Part shown: in pieces, positions 1 to 9,649 of the stretch | Layout of the letters: every line of letters starts with the position of its first letter | Numbering within the stretch: the stretch's first letter is position 1 | NCBI GenBank assembly: GCA_002748355.1 | Contig: PDSF01000049.1 | Span: 7,864 to 71,863 of the forward strand | DNA length: 64,000 nucleotides | Origin: Planctomycetota bacterium | GTDB taxonomy: Bacteria; Planctomycetota; UBA1135; GCA-002748355 | Reading direction: 5' to 3' | Notes under the pieces: model-generated | Seen by the model: the letters and a program-made list of their open reading frames with translations, nothing else | The model's database searches: none | Told to the model about the DNA's origin: nothing | Program-made: the position numbers and the translations under genes

Positions 1-3000
1 GACTTCCATCGCGATGATGCCGCCTAGGGATAGCCCTGCCAGCTGCAGCCTGCGTCCGGGAATTTCGCGCTGCAAGATGTCGACATAGGCCTTTGCGAGT
101 CGGTCAATGGCGCTGCTCTGGAGGGTGTCGAGCTTGTCGGAGAGTACGTTTTCCTCCGCAGTATAGACACCGAAGACCGGCTGTTCCTCGCCCAGGCTTG
201 CCGCGAAGTGAAGGTAGACTCCGACGCCGAGTAAGCAGTAGACGGGAGCTCCGTCGCCGAGGTGCTGGAGTGGGACCACTGCCGAACTCTTCTTCTTGGC
301 GCCAGCGGCGATGTGCTCCGAGACACCGGCGATCGTTGGGTTGCCTAAGAAGGCGCCCAGGTCAATCAAGGTGCCCGTCGCCTCTTCGAACTCCGAAATG
401 CTGCGGATGGCTAGTAGGGAGTCTCCGCCGAGTTCGAAGAAGTTGTCGAGGAGGTCGACGCTTGGGACCTTGAGTAGGCGCTTCCAGATGGCAGCCAGTA
501 GGTAGGCAGAGTGCCCGGCTGCTTTCGGGAGATCCCGGAGTTCGCTATCGCTGGGCTTTGCCTGGGGGGCATTGTTGGGGCTGGGCCTTGCTGCCGAAGC
601 CTGTGGCGCGGTGGAGCACAAGGATGCGAGCAGGCGGCTGGGGTCTTGGACGGCGTTCGTCAGGACCTCGAGCATGCCGTTCCGGAGCCACTCGATCGTT
701 GACATGTGGAAGGTGTCGCTGTTGAAGGTCAGTCCACCGAGTAAGCCGTCGATGCCTTCCATGAACCAGAGCCCGAGGTCTTCGGTGGCGCCGTCCTGGG
801 ATAGGTGCACGGCCTCGTGGTGGAGTTTGCCCCAGCGGCGCACTCGCTCTCGGGTGTCTTGGAAGGAGAACAGCGCATGGTAGAGGGTGGTCTTCTGTTG
901 GTCCTCGCGCAAGGCGACGTCCTCGAGCATAACGTTCGAATGGTCGAGCCCGGCGGTGGCGGTTTCCCGGACCTGCTGGAGGAGGTCTAGGAAGCTGTCG
1001 TCAGCTGCGATGGTGAAAGGCAGCGGCAGGAGGCTATTGCAGCAGCCCATCAGGCTCTCGGAACCCGGCGCCTCGCGGCCGCGCAGTGGAGTTGCTATGA
1101 GCAGTCGCTGGTAACTGGAGTAGTCGTAGAGAAGTGTCGTGTAGGCGGCCAGCAGCACGTGAAACATGGTGCAGCTGTTTGCGCTCGCGAATTCATGAAG
1201 GGCCTTGGTCTGTTCAGGCCCAATCGAGATCCACTCCGTGGAACCGCTTCCGGACATGGCGGATGTCCGGTCCTGGTCCATTGGCAGTGGCGATACTGCG
1301 CCGAAGTCCTCAAGGCGCGAGCGCCAGGCGGCACTTTCGGCACGCAGCTCGGGACTTGCCTGCACCTTGCAGTGCCAGCTGGTGAAGTCGCCGTAGCTGT
1401 ACGGCAGCGCCGGCAGCTGGTGCTCTCGACCCTCGCTGTATGCCGCATAGATGGCCGCCATCTCTTGGTAAAAGACGTCGAGCGACCAGCCGTCCCAGAT
1501 GATGTGGTGAGGCATGAAGAACAGCAGGTGCTCATCTGCTGCGAGCCGGTAGAGCTTGGCTACGAACAGTGGTCCCTGAGCGAGGTCAAAGGGACGCGCG
1601 ATCGCGTCCTTCAGCTTCTGATTCAGGGTGACGCTGCGGGCTGGCTCGGGCAGCGACGAGAGGTCCTCCAGGCTCAATAGTTCGCCGCTGGCACTTGGGT
1701 GCACGACCATCTCCAGCACGCCGGCTACCCGCTCAAAAACGGTGCGAAGTGCAGCCTGCCGCTGGACGACCTCCCGCAGTGCCCGCTGCATTGCCTCCAG
1801 GTCGAATGGGCCGCGGAGTCGGTGTCCGGAAGGCTGGTTGTAGTGCGGCTGTCCCTTCAGCATCTGCTGCATGTACCAGATGCGGTCCTGGAGCTTGGTC
1901 ACTGGAGCGCGGGCTTGCTCTGGACGGCGCTCTACCGGGATCGACGCGACCTTGTTCGAGCTTGCCTCGTGCAAAGTGAGGCTCAGCGCCTGCGGCGTTG
2001 GCGATTCGAAGACGCTCCTCATGGTCAATGAGCTATTCATGGCCCGGTTCAGCTCGGTGACCAAACGCGCCGCTAGCAGTGAGTGCCCGCCTGCTGCAAA
2101 GAAGTCGACGTTCGCACCGAGGGGACCGGTTCCCAATAGCTTGCCCATCAGCTCTGCGACGAGTTGCGCCTCGTCCGAGAGTGCTGCGGCGTCGCCGCCC
2201 GCGTTTAGGTCCACGACGGGGGTTGAGGATGCGGAGCGCAGCGTGTTCCGGTCGAGCTTGCCATTTGGCAGCCGCGGGAGTCGGTCTCTTTGCACGACCT
2301 CGTGCGGCAGCATGTAGCGTGGCAGGGACACCTTCAGGTGCTGGATGATCTCGTCAGAACTGAGATCTTTGCTCGCTGCGATGTGTGCGACTAGCCGCTG
2401 CCCTTGGGCCTGATCTCCGGCAACGACGACAGCAGCTTCTGCTACGTCCGGGTGGGATAACAGCATCGACTCGATCTCGCCGAGCTCGATGCGGTAGCCT
2501 CGGAGCTTGACTTGATCGTCAGATCGGCCGAGGTACTCCAGGCTGCCGTCGGGGCGTAGCCGACCAAGGTCGCCAGTCCGGTAGTAGCGGCCGTGCACTA
2601 GGTGATCGACGAAGCGCTCGGCTGTCAGCTGGGCACGATTGTGGTAGCCCAGGGCAAGGCCTGCTCCAGAAATGCAGATTTCTCCGGGGAATCCCGCTGG
2701 CAACGAGTTGCCGGCCTTATCCAGGATGAGGATCTGGGTCTGATCGATGGGCGTTCCCACGCGGGCCGCGGTCTCCGCTTCCGAGACCTCGGCGACGGTG
2801 GACCAGATGGTGGTTTCGGTGGGGCCGTAGAGGTTCCAGAGCGAGGCGACTCGCGGCAGCAGGTCGGCGGCCAGACTTTCGGGAAGGCGCTCTCCGGTGC
2901 ACAGCGCCCGTAAGGAGCTATTGCCCGTCCAGCCGAAGTCGAGGAGCATCCTCCAGGTCGCGGGCGTGGATTGCAGGACGGTGATCTCGTGCTCGCGAAG

Positions 3001-5079
3001 CAGTCGGTCGAGTGCCGCAGGGTCTTCTGCTTCTACGCTCGTGGCGACTACGAGCCGTGCACCGTTGACCAGCGGTCCGAGCAGCTCATGCATCGAGATG
3101 TCGAAGGAGATCGTGGTGATGGCCAGCAGCGCGTCGTCCGGCCGTAGGCCCGGTCGCTTCCCGATGCTTCGTAGAAGGTTGTCCAGTGCCCGGTGCGGGA
3201 TTCGGACGCCTTTGGGTGTTCCGGTCGAGCCAGATGTGTAGATCAGGAAGGCTACCTGTTCGGCTGCGATCTCTGGTAGCTCTACTGGCGTTGCCGTTGC
3301 ACTCGAGGCGATGCAGACGATTCCTTCGGTCAGAGCTTCTTCACTGAGTTCGTCTCCGTCGACGATGGCTACAGTGCGAGAATCCTCCAACATGAAACGC
3401 AGGCGAGACGGGGGGAAGCTGGGGTCGAGCGGGAGATGGGCCGCTCCGGCGAGGTGTATCGCGGTGATGCTGACGAGGAGCTGCGGGCTTCGCGGGGTGG
3501 CTACCCCGACGATGTCGCCTGGCTGGATACCCACTCGTAGGAGTTCGGCTGCGAGGCCGCGCGCTCGCGACAGCAGCTCTCGGTAGCTCAGTTGCTCGCC
3601 GTTACCTTCGACTGCGATTTTGTCCGGAGTCTCCGAGGCGTGGGCGAGCAAGCCCGTCAGCCACGTGCCGAGCGGCTTCTCTGCGGCGTGTCCTGCCCGC
3701 TCCTTCTCATTCGGTGCCGGTTCCGGACACAAGCGGAGTGCCGCGATCGCGTCGGTCGGGTGCTCAGCTGCCGCCAGGAGCAACTGCTCAAGGCCCTGCA
3801 ACCAAGCGTCAATGATGGCCCGGTCGAACAGCGCATGTTGGAAGGTGGCTTCGATGGTCATGCCATCACTGTCTGGCGCCACGTTTAGGAATAGTTCGAA
3901 TGCGTCGGCGGCGCGTGGTACAGCACGAACGGTGCCTACAGCGTTGCCGATTCGGACTTCCTCTAGGGCTTGGTCGACGTTGACGACCACTGGAACCAGA
4001 GGCACCCGCGCCGGGTCGCCACTGAGCCCCAGGTCTCGAACCAGTTCTCCGAATCCGAAATCGTAGTGCTCGGTCGCGTCTAGAATCGCTGAACGAGCGT
4101 CGGTCACCAGGTGCGAGAAGGGGGCGGTGCTGTCGATGGAAAGGCGGAGAGGGAGCAGCTGGACGCAGTGGCCGACGAGCTGTGGGCGGTTTTCGATCCC
4201 CTGGCGTGCCACAGGCATGCCGATCGTTAGGTCGCTGTGCTCGGTCAAGCGGTAGAGCAAGGTGGCTACGCCTGCGATAAGGACAGAGACCGTGCTCGAT
4301 CGCGTTTGGGAAGCCAGAGCCTCGATTCGCGAGAGTTGTTTGGCGTCGAAGCGATGGGAGGTGAAGCCCGCCTGGAAGCTTCGAGTCGCGTTGCGTGCGC
4401 GATCGGTTGGCAGTTCAAGTGGGGCCGGAGGTGGATCACCGAGCGTAGCGCGCCACCACGACGCCGAGTCGGACACGGTTTCGGATGCTTGCCGTTCTTC
4501 CGCGTAGTCGGCAAACGATGGCGCTGCTGGGAGAATGCTCTCGTCCTCACGTTCGTAGAACTTCTGCAGTTCTTCGAGGATGACATGGAAGGACCAGCCA
4601 TCACAAACCGCGTGGTGTGCCAGCAGCAGTAACTGCGCGTGATCGGCATCTATGTCGATCCAGAACGCCCGGAATAGTGGGCCGTGGCTCAGCGACATTG
4701 GCGTCTGCATCAGCGTCGTCTGCCACTGCTGCATGGCCTCTCGGCGCAGTTCTCCTGTTTCCCCTGATACTTCGATGCGCTCTAAGGCGATAGCTGCGAG
4801 ATCATTGATGCATTGCTTGTCGAGGTCTGCAGAGAAGGTCGTTCGCAGTGCGTCGTGTCGCGCGACCACCTGCTGCAGTGCTCGCTCTAGCCGCTCGGGG
4901 TCCACCGAACCCAGCAGAGAGATGACTACGGCCTCGTTGTAGGCGCAGTTGGCGTTGTCGCTGAGTGCGGCTGCTGCCAGGATCTCGCGCTGCTCCTCCG
5001 TCGTCGGAGCAAGCTTCGAGATGGGGGCGCCTGCGAATGGGTCGTATTCAGAAGGGGGCATTTCGGTGGGGCCGTTCAT
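1..5079 (-). CDS. NRPS, C-A-PCP-C-PCP-TE (3' end beyond window; not in ORF track)
   Basis: Manual translation from ATG at 5079 (MNGPTEMPPSEYDPFAG...). Motifs: C1 HHAVCDGWS (~4600), A-domain YTSGSTGTPKG, NLYGPTETTIWS, YRTGD, NGKLDR; PCP1 FFAAGGHSLL (Ser ~2081); C2 HHIIWDGWS (~1500); PCP2 FFELGGDSLL (Ser ~419); TE GLSLG (Ser 28-30). All in one frame, and the ORF track calls no terminated ORF in that frame. Confidence 0.95.
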   Translation of the reverse strand, partial: MNGPTEMPPSEYDPFAGAPISKLAPTTEEQREILAAAALSDNANCAYNEAVVISLLGSVDPERLERALQQVVARHDALRTTFSADLDKQCINDLAAIALERIEVSGETGELRREAMQQWQTTLMQTPMSLSHGPLFRAFWIDIDADHAQLLLLAHHAVCDGWSFHVILEELQKFYEREDESILPAAPSFADYAEERQASETVSDSASWWRATLGDPPPAPLELPTDRARNATRSFQAGFTSHRFDAKQLSRIEALASQTRSSTVSVLIAGVATLLYRLTEHSDLTIGMPVARQGIENRPQLVGHCVQLLPLRLSIDSTAPFSHLVTDARSAILDATEHYDFGFGELVRDLGLSGDPARVPLVPVVVNVDQALEEVRIGNAVGTVRAVPRAADAFELFLNVAPDSDGMTIEATFQHALFDRAIIDAWLQGLEQLLLAAAEHPTDAIAALRLCPEPAPNEKERAGHAAEKPLGTWLTGLLAHASETPDKIAVEGNGEQLSYRELLSRARGLAAELLRVGIQPGDIVGVATPRSPQLLVSITAIHLAGAAHLPLDPSFPPSRLRFMLEDSRTVAIVDGDELSEEALTEGIVCIASSATATPVELPEIAAEQVAFLIYTSGSTGTPKGVRIPHRALDNLLRSIGKRPGLRPDDALLAITTISFDISMHELLGPLVNGARLVVATSVEAEDPAALDRLLREHEITVLQSTPATWRMLLDFGWTGNSSLRALCTGERLPESLAADLLPRVASLWNLYGPTETTIWSTVAEVSEAETAARVGTPIDQTQILILDKAGNSLPAGFPGEICISGAGLALGYHNRAQLTAERFVDHLVHGRYYRTGDLGRLRPDGSLEYLGRSDDQVKLRGYRIELGEIESMLLSHPDVAEAAVVVAGDQAQGQRLVAHIAASKDLSSDEIIQHLKVSLPRYMLPHEVVQRDRLPRLPNGKLDRNTLRSASSTPVVDLNAGGDAAALSDEAQLVAELMGKLLGTGPLGANVDFFAAGGHSLLAARLVTELNRAMNSSLTMRSVFESPTPQALSLTLHEASSNKVASIPVERRPEQARAPVTKLQDRIWYMQQMLKGQPHYNQPSGHRLRGPFDLEAMQRALREVVQRQAALRTVFERVAGVLEMVVHPSASGELLSLEDLSSLPEPARSVTLNQKLKDAIARPFDLAQGPLFVAKLYRLAADEHLLFFMPHHIIWDGWSLDVFYQEMAAIYAAYSEGREHQLPALPYSYGDFTSWHCKVQASPELRAESAAWRSRLEDFGAVSPLPMDQDRTSAMSGSGSTEWISIGPEQTKALHEFASANSCTMFHVLLAAYTTLLYDYSSYQRLLIATPLRGREAPGSESLMGCCNSLLPLPFTIAADDSFLDLLQQVRETATAGLDHSNVMLEDVALREDQQKTTLYHALFSFQDTRERVRRWGKLHHEAVHLSQDGATEDLGLWFMEGIDGLLGGLTFNSDTFHMSTIEWLRNGMLEVLTNAVQDPSRLLASLCSTAPQASAARPSPNNAPQAKPSDSELRDLPKAAGHSAYLLAAIWKRLLKVPSVDLLDNFFELGGDSLLAIRSISEFEEATGTLIDLGAFLGNPTIAGVSEHIAAGAKKKSSAVVPLQHLGDGAPVYCLLGVGVYLHFAASLGEEQPVFGVYTAEENVLSDKLDTLQSSAIDRLAKAYVDILQREIPGRRLQLAGLSLGGIIAMEV

Positions 5080-5080
5080 C

Positions 5081-8000
5081 TCAGAGGGGAGGATCTTGCT
5101 CCGGAAGCTCGCGGTACCGGCCTGGCTGCTCTTCGTCAGGGACGAACCATGCTACCGTGCCGTCTGGGCGCCGACCTAGCCGCGCTCCTGGAACCGGCGC
5201 CGCTGGGCCTTTTTCAGGTGTGGGCGCCGCCTCCGACTGGAGTAGGCCAACCTGCATCAGTTGGCTCACGACCTCGGACAAGGCTTGGACGAAGCTGTCC
5301 AGCTCGGCTTCGCTGTGGCTGGTGGTCAGGAAGAAGGGGAAGCCCTCCCAGATGTGGAAACCGCGATGGCGTAAGCCCGCGTAGATCAAACTTGACCACC
5401 GTTGGCCGTTTGCCACGCGCATGTAGGCCACAGAGTAGAAGGACTCGACTTGCACCGGTGCATTCAGGCGCTGCATTTCGGCGTTGATCGTTTCCGTCAA
5501 TCGGGTCATCCGCTGCCCACGCTCGGCCTGAAGCTCCGGCCCCGCTGCACGTAGGCGGCGGAGCACCGCGCGTGTCGCAGCTAGGGCGATGGGGTGGCGG
5601 ACGAAAGTTCCGGCGAAGAAGGTAACCCCGACTTCAGGGATGCTGTCGTCGCCGAACTGCCACGCCCCGCCGTCCAAAGTGTCGAGGAAGCGATGACTCC
5701 CCGCGACGATGCCGATTGGGTAGCCGCCGCCGAGGACCTTGCCGTAGGTGCTCATATCCGCGTCGATGCCGTAGAGGGCGCGGATGCCGCCGGGGTGGGT
5801 GCGGAAGCCGGTGACGACTTCGTCGAAGATGAGCGCGCTATCCTGCTCCTTGGTGATGAGGCGCAACTTGTGGAGGAACTCCTTCGGTTGCAGGGACGGC
5901 CGCCGGCTCTGCACAGGTTCGACGAGGACGCCCGCGAGCTGAGATCCGAGTTTCTCGATTTGTGCCAAGCTGGCGTCTTCACCGTAGGGGAGGACGATCA
6001 CTTCGCCGACATGGCTGCGCGGGATCCCAGGGGCGCCCGGCATACCGCGGCCGCCGGGGCCGGGGCGCACGACGACCTGGTCGTTCACGCCGTGGTAGGC
6101 ACCTTCGAACATGACGACCTTGTCGCGTCCGGTCACGGTGCGGGCGATTCGGAGTGCTGCCATGACGGCTTCGGAGCCGGTATTGGCGAAAGTGATGCGC
6201 TCGTTACCTGTCAGTTCGCAGAGTAGCTGTGCGACCTCGCCGGTGAGTGCCGACAGGGGACCGATCTCGATTCCCTTGTCCAGCTGTTCTCGAACGGCCT
6301 CAGTAACGAAGTCGGGCGAGTGGCCAAAGAAAACCGAGCCGTAGCCATTGGTGAAGTCTACGTATTCGTTGCCGTCGATATCCCAGAGTCGAGAGCCGCG
6401 CGATCGTTCTGTGACGATGGGATAAACAATCTCCTTCCACGCCGGATCGAAGCCTGAGACCACCCGCGGATCCGCCAGTTTTTCGCGGTTTGCCTGCACC
6501 GAGGCCTTGGAGCCGGCTGTGCGAGTTGCGTAGTCACGGAAGAAGTCCGCGAGGAAGTCTCGTTGCTCGGGGCTCAAGCCGTCGAGCGTGTCCGTCGACC
6601 GCTCGATCTTGGTGCTCGGCCCGGAACGTGACGGCATGCCGCCTTCCGTCGGCTCATCGTTTGGCTGCTCGTTCGGCTCGGGCTCGGGAGAGTCTTCGCT
6701 GCTTGTTTCGGTCGAAGCCGCTGTATTCGCGCCTAGCCAGGTGCTCAGCGCCCGAGGTGAGCTGTGCCGCTCCATCAGGTCGCGGAAGGTCACTTCGCAT
6801 TCGAACTCCCGGCGCAGGGCGATGGCCAGCTGCGTGAGGTCGAGGGAATCGAAGTCCAGCGCTGCCCAAGCTTCGTCGGAGTCCACGCAGAGTTCGATGC
6901 CCGAAGCCTGTTCGATAACGTCTCTGAGTCGATCGGGTATATCGGACGGGCTCTTGGAGCTACTGGAAGCTTCGCCAGCGAGGGGATCGTCGCTTTGACT
7001 TGCTTCTGTTGGTCGCCGTTCTCCGGGCTCGACCCAGTGTCGGGTCCTGGCGAAGGGATAGGTGGGCAGCGAGATGCGTTGCGCATCCTGGTGCGCCGCT
7101 GCGGGCTTCGCGAACTCCACGCCGTGTGCCCAAGCTTTAGCGACGGCTTGCAGTGTCTCAGCGAAGGCATTGCCAAAGCCCGAGTTCGGCAAGGTGGCGA
7201 TTGGGCTGCGGCTGGCTGCGACCGGGTGGAGCATTGCGAGGGCGCTGAGAGAGCCGCCAGGGCCTACTTCGAGCAAGACGCCGTCGTTGAGGGCGGAGAG
7301 ACTGTCCAGGGCGTCGGAGAAGCGAATGGGCTCTGAGATGATGCGCGCCCAGTAGCCTGGGTCGGTGGCCTCAACGTCGGTCAACACTTTGCCGAGCGAA
7401 GCAGAAATCAGGCGACGACTTGGCGCGCGGAGTTCGAGCTGTTTGATCTCCCCTTCGAGCGCCTCGGCGCAGGCCGACATCAAGGGGGAATGGAAGGGAT
7501 GGTCTCCGTTCAGAGATTCGACCCGGATACCGGCCTGTTGTAGTTGAGCTACGAGCTTGTCGACAGCGTCTGGGGTGCCGGCTAAGGCGAGTACATCCCG
7601 GGCGTGCACAGCCGCGATGCTTACGCCATCGTGGGCGATTTCGTTGAGTTCTGCCTCTGTGCAGTAGGCGGTGACGAGTCGACCCTCTAGGGCCGCTTCG
7701 GATTGTGCTCCCAAAGCTAGTAGCAGTTGGATGGCGTCGCGCAGGGAGAAGATGCCGGCGCAGGTGCCAGCTGTGAACTCTCCGAGGCTGCAGCCGAGCA
7801 GGGCATCCGCTTGCAGTCCCTGCGCTTCGAGTGAACGCGCGAGCGCGTATTCGAATATGAATAGCGCCGGCTTCGCGATCCGTAGGTCGCGGATATCGGC
7901 CTCGGCGCTTGGACACAAAAGTGCGTCCTCGATATTCCCTCCCCCGAGCTCGCGCACGATCGTTAGGCAGCGATCGATCTCGGCGCGGAAGTTCGGGTCG

Positions 8001-9649
8001 GCTTCATAGAGCGCGGCCGCCATCCCTGCTCGTTCCACACCCAGGCCGGGGAAGGTGAAATACAGCGAGCGGCTGTGTTCTGCGACCTGCTCGGCGCATG
8101 CTTGGGGCCACTCGCCAGCGGCCTCGTCCGCCGTGAGCACGAAGGCTGCGCGCTGCGGCAGTTGTTTGCGTCCGGCTCGGAGAGTGAACGCTGCGTTTCG
8201 GAGGGTTCCTGGCTCGCCTATTTGCTGCGCGAGCTGCGCACGAGCTGCCGTGATGAGTTCTCCGAGCGCGGCCGGAGTTTTCGCGGAGAAGCAGAGAAGC
8301 TCGGCTGCTGTGCCCGTGGTGCTTGCCGTCGAATGTGCTGCGGGTGGCTGCTCTAGGACGACGTGGGCGTTGGTCCCGCCGACGCCGAAGGAGCTGACCC
8401 CGGCGCGCCTGGGATAGTCCTGTTCGGGCCATCGTCGTGCGGTCGGCGAGACGTAGAACGGTGTGCGTTCCAGCTGCAGGCGAGGGTTCGGGGTCTGGAA
8501 GTGGAGGGTTGCAGGGATCACCCCGTGCTTGACGGCCAGTGCTCCCATAAGGAAGCCCGTGACTCCTGCAGCATGCACTAGGTGGCCGACTCCGCTCTTC
8601 ACCGAGCCGAGTGCGCAGGCCGTCTCGCAGCCCTCGAAGACCCGGGCGAGTGCCGCGACCTCGATGGGATCTCCCATCGGAGTTGCCGTACCGTGTGTTT
8701 CGATGTACCCGATGGTCGAGGGGGAGACCTCTGCGTGCTCGTAGGCGGCGCGCAGGACCTCGGCTTGGCCGCCAAGGCTGGGGGCCGAGAAGCTGACCTT
8801 GTCCCCACCGTCGTTATTGACCGCGAAGCCGCGCATGACTGCGTGGATTTGGTCTCCGTCGCGTAGCGCGTCCTCGAGTCGGCGTAAGACGACGACGGCG
8901 GCGCCGTCGCTGAAAGTCGTGCCGGTGCCGTCGGCGTCGAAGGGCTTGCAGTGACCGTCACGGGAGAGCATGCCGCCGGCCTCGTAGCGGTAGCCGGCCA
9001 TGGTAGGCACCGTGATCGAAGCGCCGCCAGCAAGCACGAGGTCGCAGGAACCGTTGAGCAGGGCCTTCGCTGCTTCGACGATGGCGACGAGCGAGGTTGA
9101 GCAGGCAGAACTCAAGGTTGCACTAGGGCCGTGGAGGTCGAGCTTGTGCGAAATTCGAGTCGCCAGGAAGTCTGGCTCGTTGGCGAGCGAGGTCGCGAAG
9201 TCCCCGAAGCTTTCGACGACGTCTGGCCGGGAGTCCAGGCAGTGGCGCCGGTATCGGTTCCAGTTGGCGCCGAGGTAGATTCCGACGCGGCTGTCGGTGC
9301 TGCCGCCGCCGCAGTGCCCGCTATCCTCAAGTGCGGCGTAGGCCAACTCCAGTAGCACCCGCTGTTGCGGATCCATGACCTGGGCTTCCATCGGGCTTAT
9401 CCCGAAGAATGCCGCGTCGAAGCGGTCGAAGTCGGGCATCACACCGCGGAAGGGGACGTAGGCCGGATCTTGTCGTAGCTCTTCGGGGATCGACGGGTCG
9501 AGTTCCTCTGCTGGGATTGCCTTCGCGCCTTCGCGAGCGTTAAGCATGTTTTGCCAGAGTGTGTCGACGTCCCGCGCGCCGGGAAACCGGCCCGCCATCC
9601 CCACCAGCGCGATTGCATGCTTCGGCAGCTTCTTGTTGTCGTGGCTCAA
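5081..9649 (-). CDS. Type I PKS module KS-AT(degenerate)-ACP-class III aminotransferase
   Basis: KS SACSTS, HGTAT, GHLVHAAG; AT GCSLG and HPFHS; ACP FDSL; aminotransferase IFDEVVTGFR and TYGKVLGGG. TTG start overlaps the upstream TGA (TTGA). Confidence 0.95.
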   Translation of the reverse strand: MSHDNKKLPKHAIALVGMAGRFPGARDVDTLWQNMLNAREGAKAIPAEELDPSIPEELRQDPAYVPFRGVMPDFDRFDAAFFGISPMEAQVMDPQQRVLLELAYAALEDSGHCGGGSTDSRVGIYLGANWNRYRRHCLDSRPDVVESFGDFATSLANEPDFLATRISHKLDLHGPSATLSSACSTSLVAIVEAAKALLNGSCDLVLAGGASITVPTMAGYRYEAGGMLSRDGHCKPFDADGTGTTFSDGAAVVVLRRLEDALRDGDQIHAVMRGFAVNNDGGDKVSFSAPSLGGQAEVLRAAYEHAEVSPSTIGYIETHGTATPMGDPIEVAALARVFEGCETACALGSVKSGVGHLVHAAGVTGFLMGALAVKHGVIPATLHFQTPNPRLQLERTPFYVSPTARRWPEQDYPRRAGVSSFGVGGTNAHVVLEQPPAAHSTASTTGTAAELLCFSAKTPAALGELITAARAQLAQQIGEPGTLRNAAFTLRAGRKQLPQRAAFVLTADEAAGEWPQACAEQVAEHSRSLYFTFPGLGVERAGMAAALYEADPNFRAEIDRCLTIVRELGGGNIEDALLCPSAEADIRDLRIAKPALFIFEYALARSLEAQGLQADALLGCSLGEFTAGTCAGIFSLRDAIQLLLALGAQSEAALEGRLVTAYCTEAELNEIAHDGVSIAAVHARDVLALAGTPDAVDKLVAQLQQAGIRVESLNGDHPFHSPLMSACAEALEGEIKQLELRAPSRRLISASLGKVLTDVEATDPGYWARIISEPIRFSDALDSLSALNDGVLLEVGPGGSLSALAMLHPVAASRSPIATLPNSGFGNAFAETLQAVAKAWAHGVEFAKPAAAHQDAQRISLPTYPFARTRHWVEPGERRPTEASQSDDPLAGEASSSSKSPSDIPDRLRDVIEQASGIELCVDSDEAWAALDFDSLDLTQLAIALRREFECEVTFRDLMERHSSPRALSTWLGANTAASTETSSEDSPEPEPNEQPNDEPTEGGMPSRSGPSTKIERSTDTLDGLSPEQRDFLADFFRDYATRTAGSKASVQANREKLADPRVVSGFDPAWKEIVYPIVTERSRGSRLWDIDGNEYVDFTNGYGSVFFGHSPDFVTEAVREQLDKGIEIGPLSALTGEVAQLLCELTGNERITFANTGSEAVMAALRIARTVTGRDKVVMFEGAYHGVNDQVVVRPGPGGRGMPGAPGIPRSHVGEVIVLPYGEDASLAQIEKLGSQLAGVLVEPVQSRRPSLQPKEFLHKLRLITKEQDSALIFDEVVTGFRTHPGGIRALYGIDADMSTYGKVLGGGYPIGIVAGSHRFLDTLDGGAWQFGDDSIPEVGVTFFAGTFVRHPIALAATRAVLRRLRAAGPELQAERGQRMTRLTETINAEMQRLNAPVQVESFYSVAYMRVANGQRWSSLIYAGLRHRGFHIWEGFPFFLTTSHSEAELDSFVQALSEVVSQLMQVGLLQSEAAPTPEKGPAAPVPGARLGRRPDGTVAWFVPDEEQPGRYRELPEQDPPL

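Noticed and set aside
24-5179. Many short ORFs listed in the first 5 kb
   Set aside because: Shadow ORFs of the minus-strand NRPS, which the track missed because its stop codon lies outside the window.
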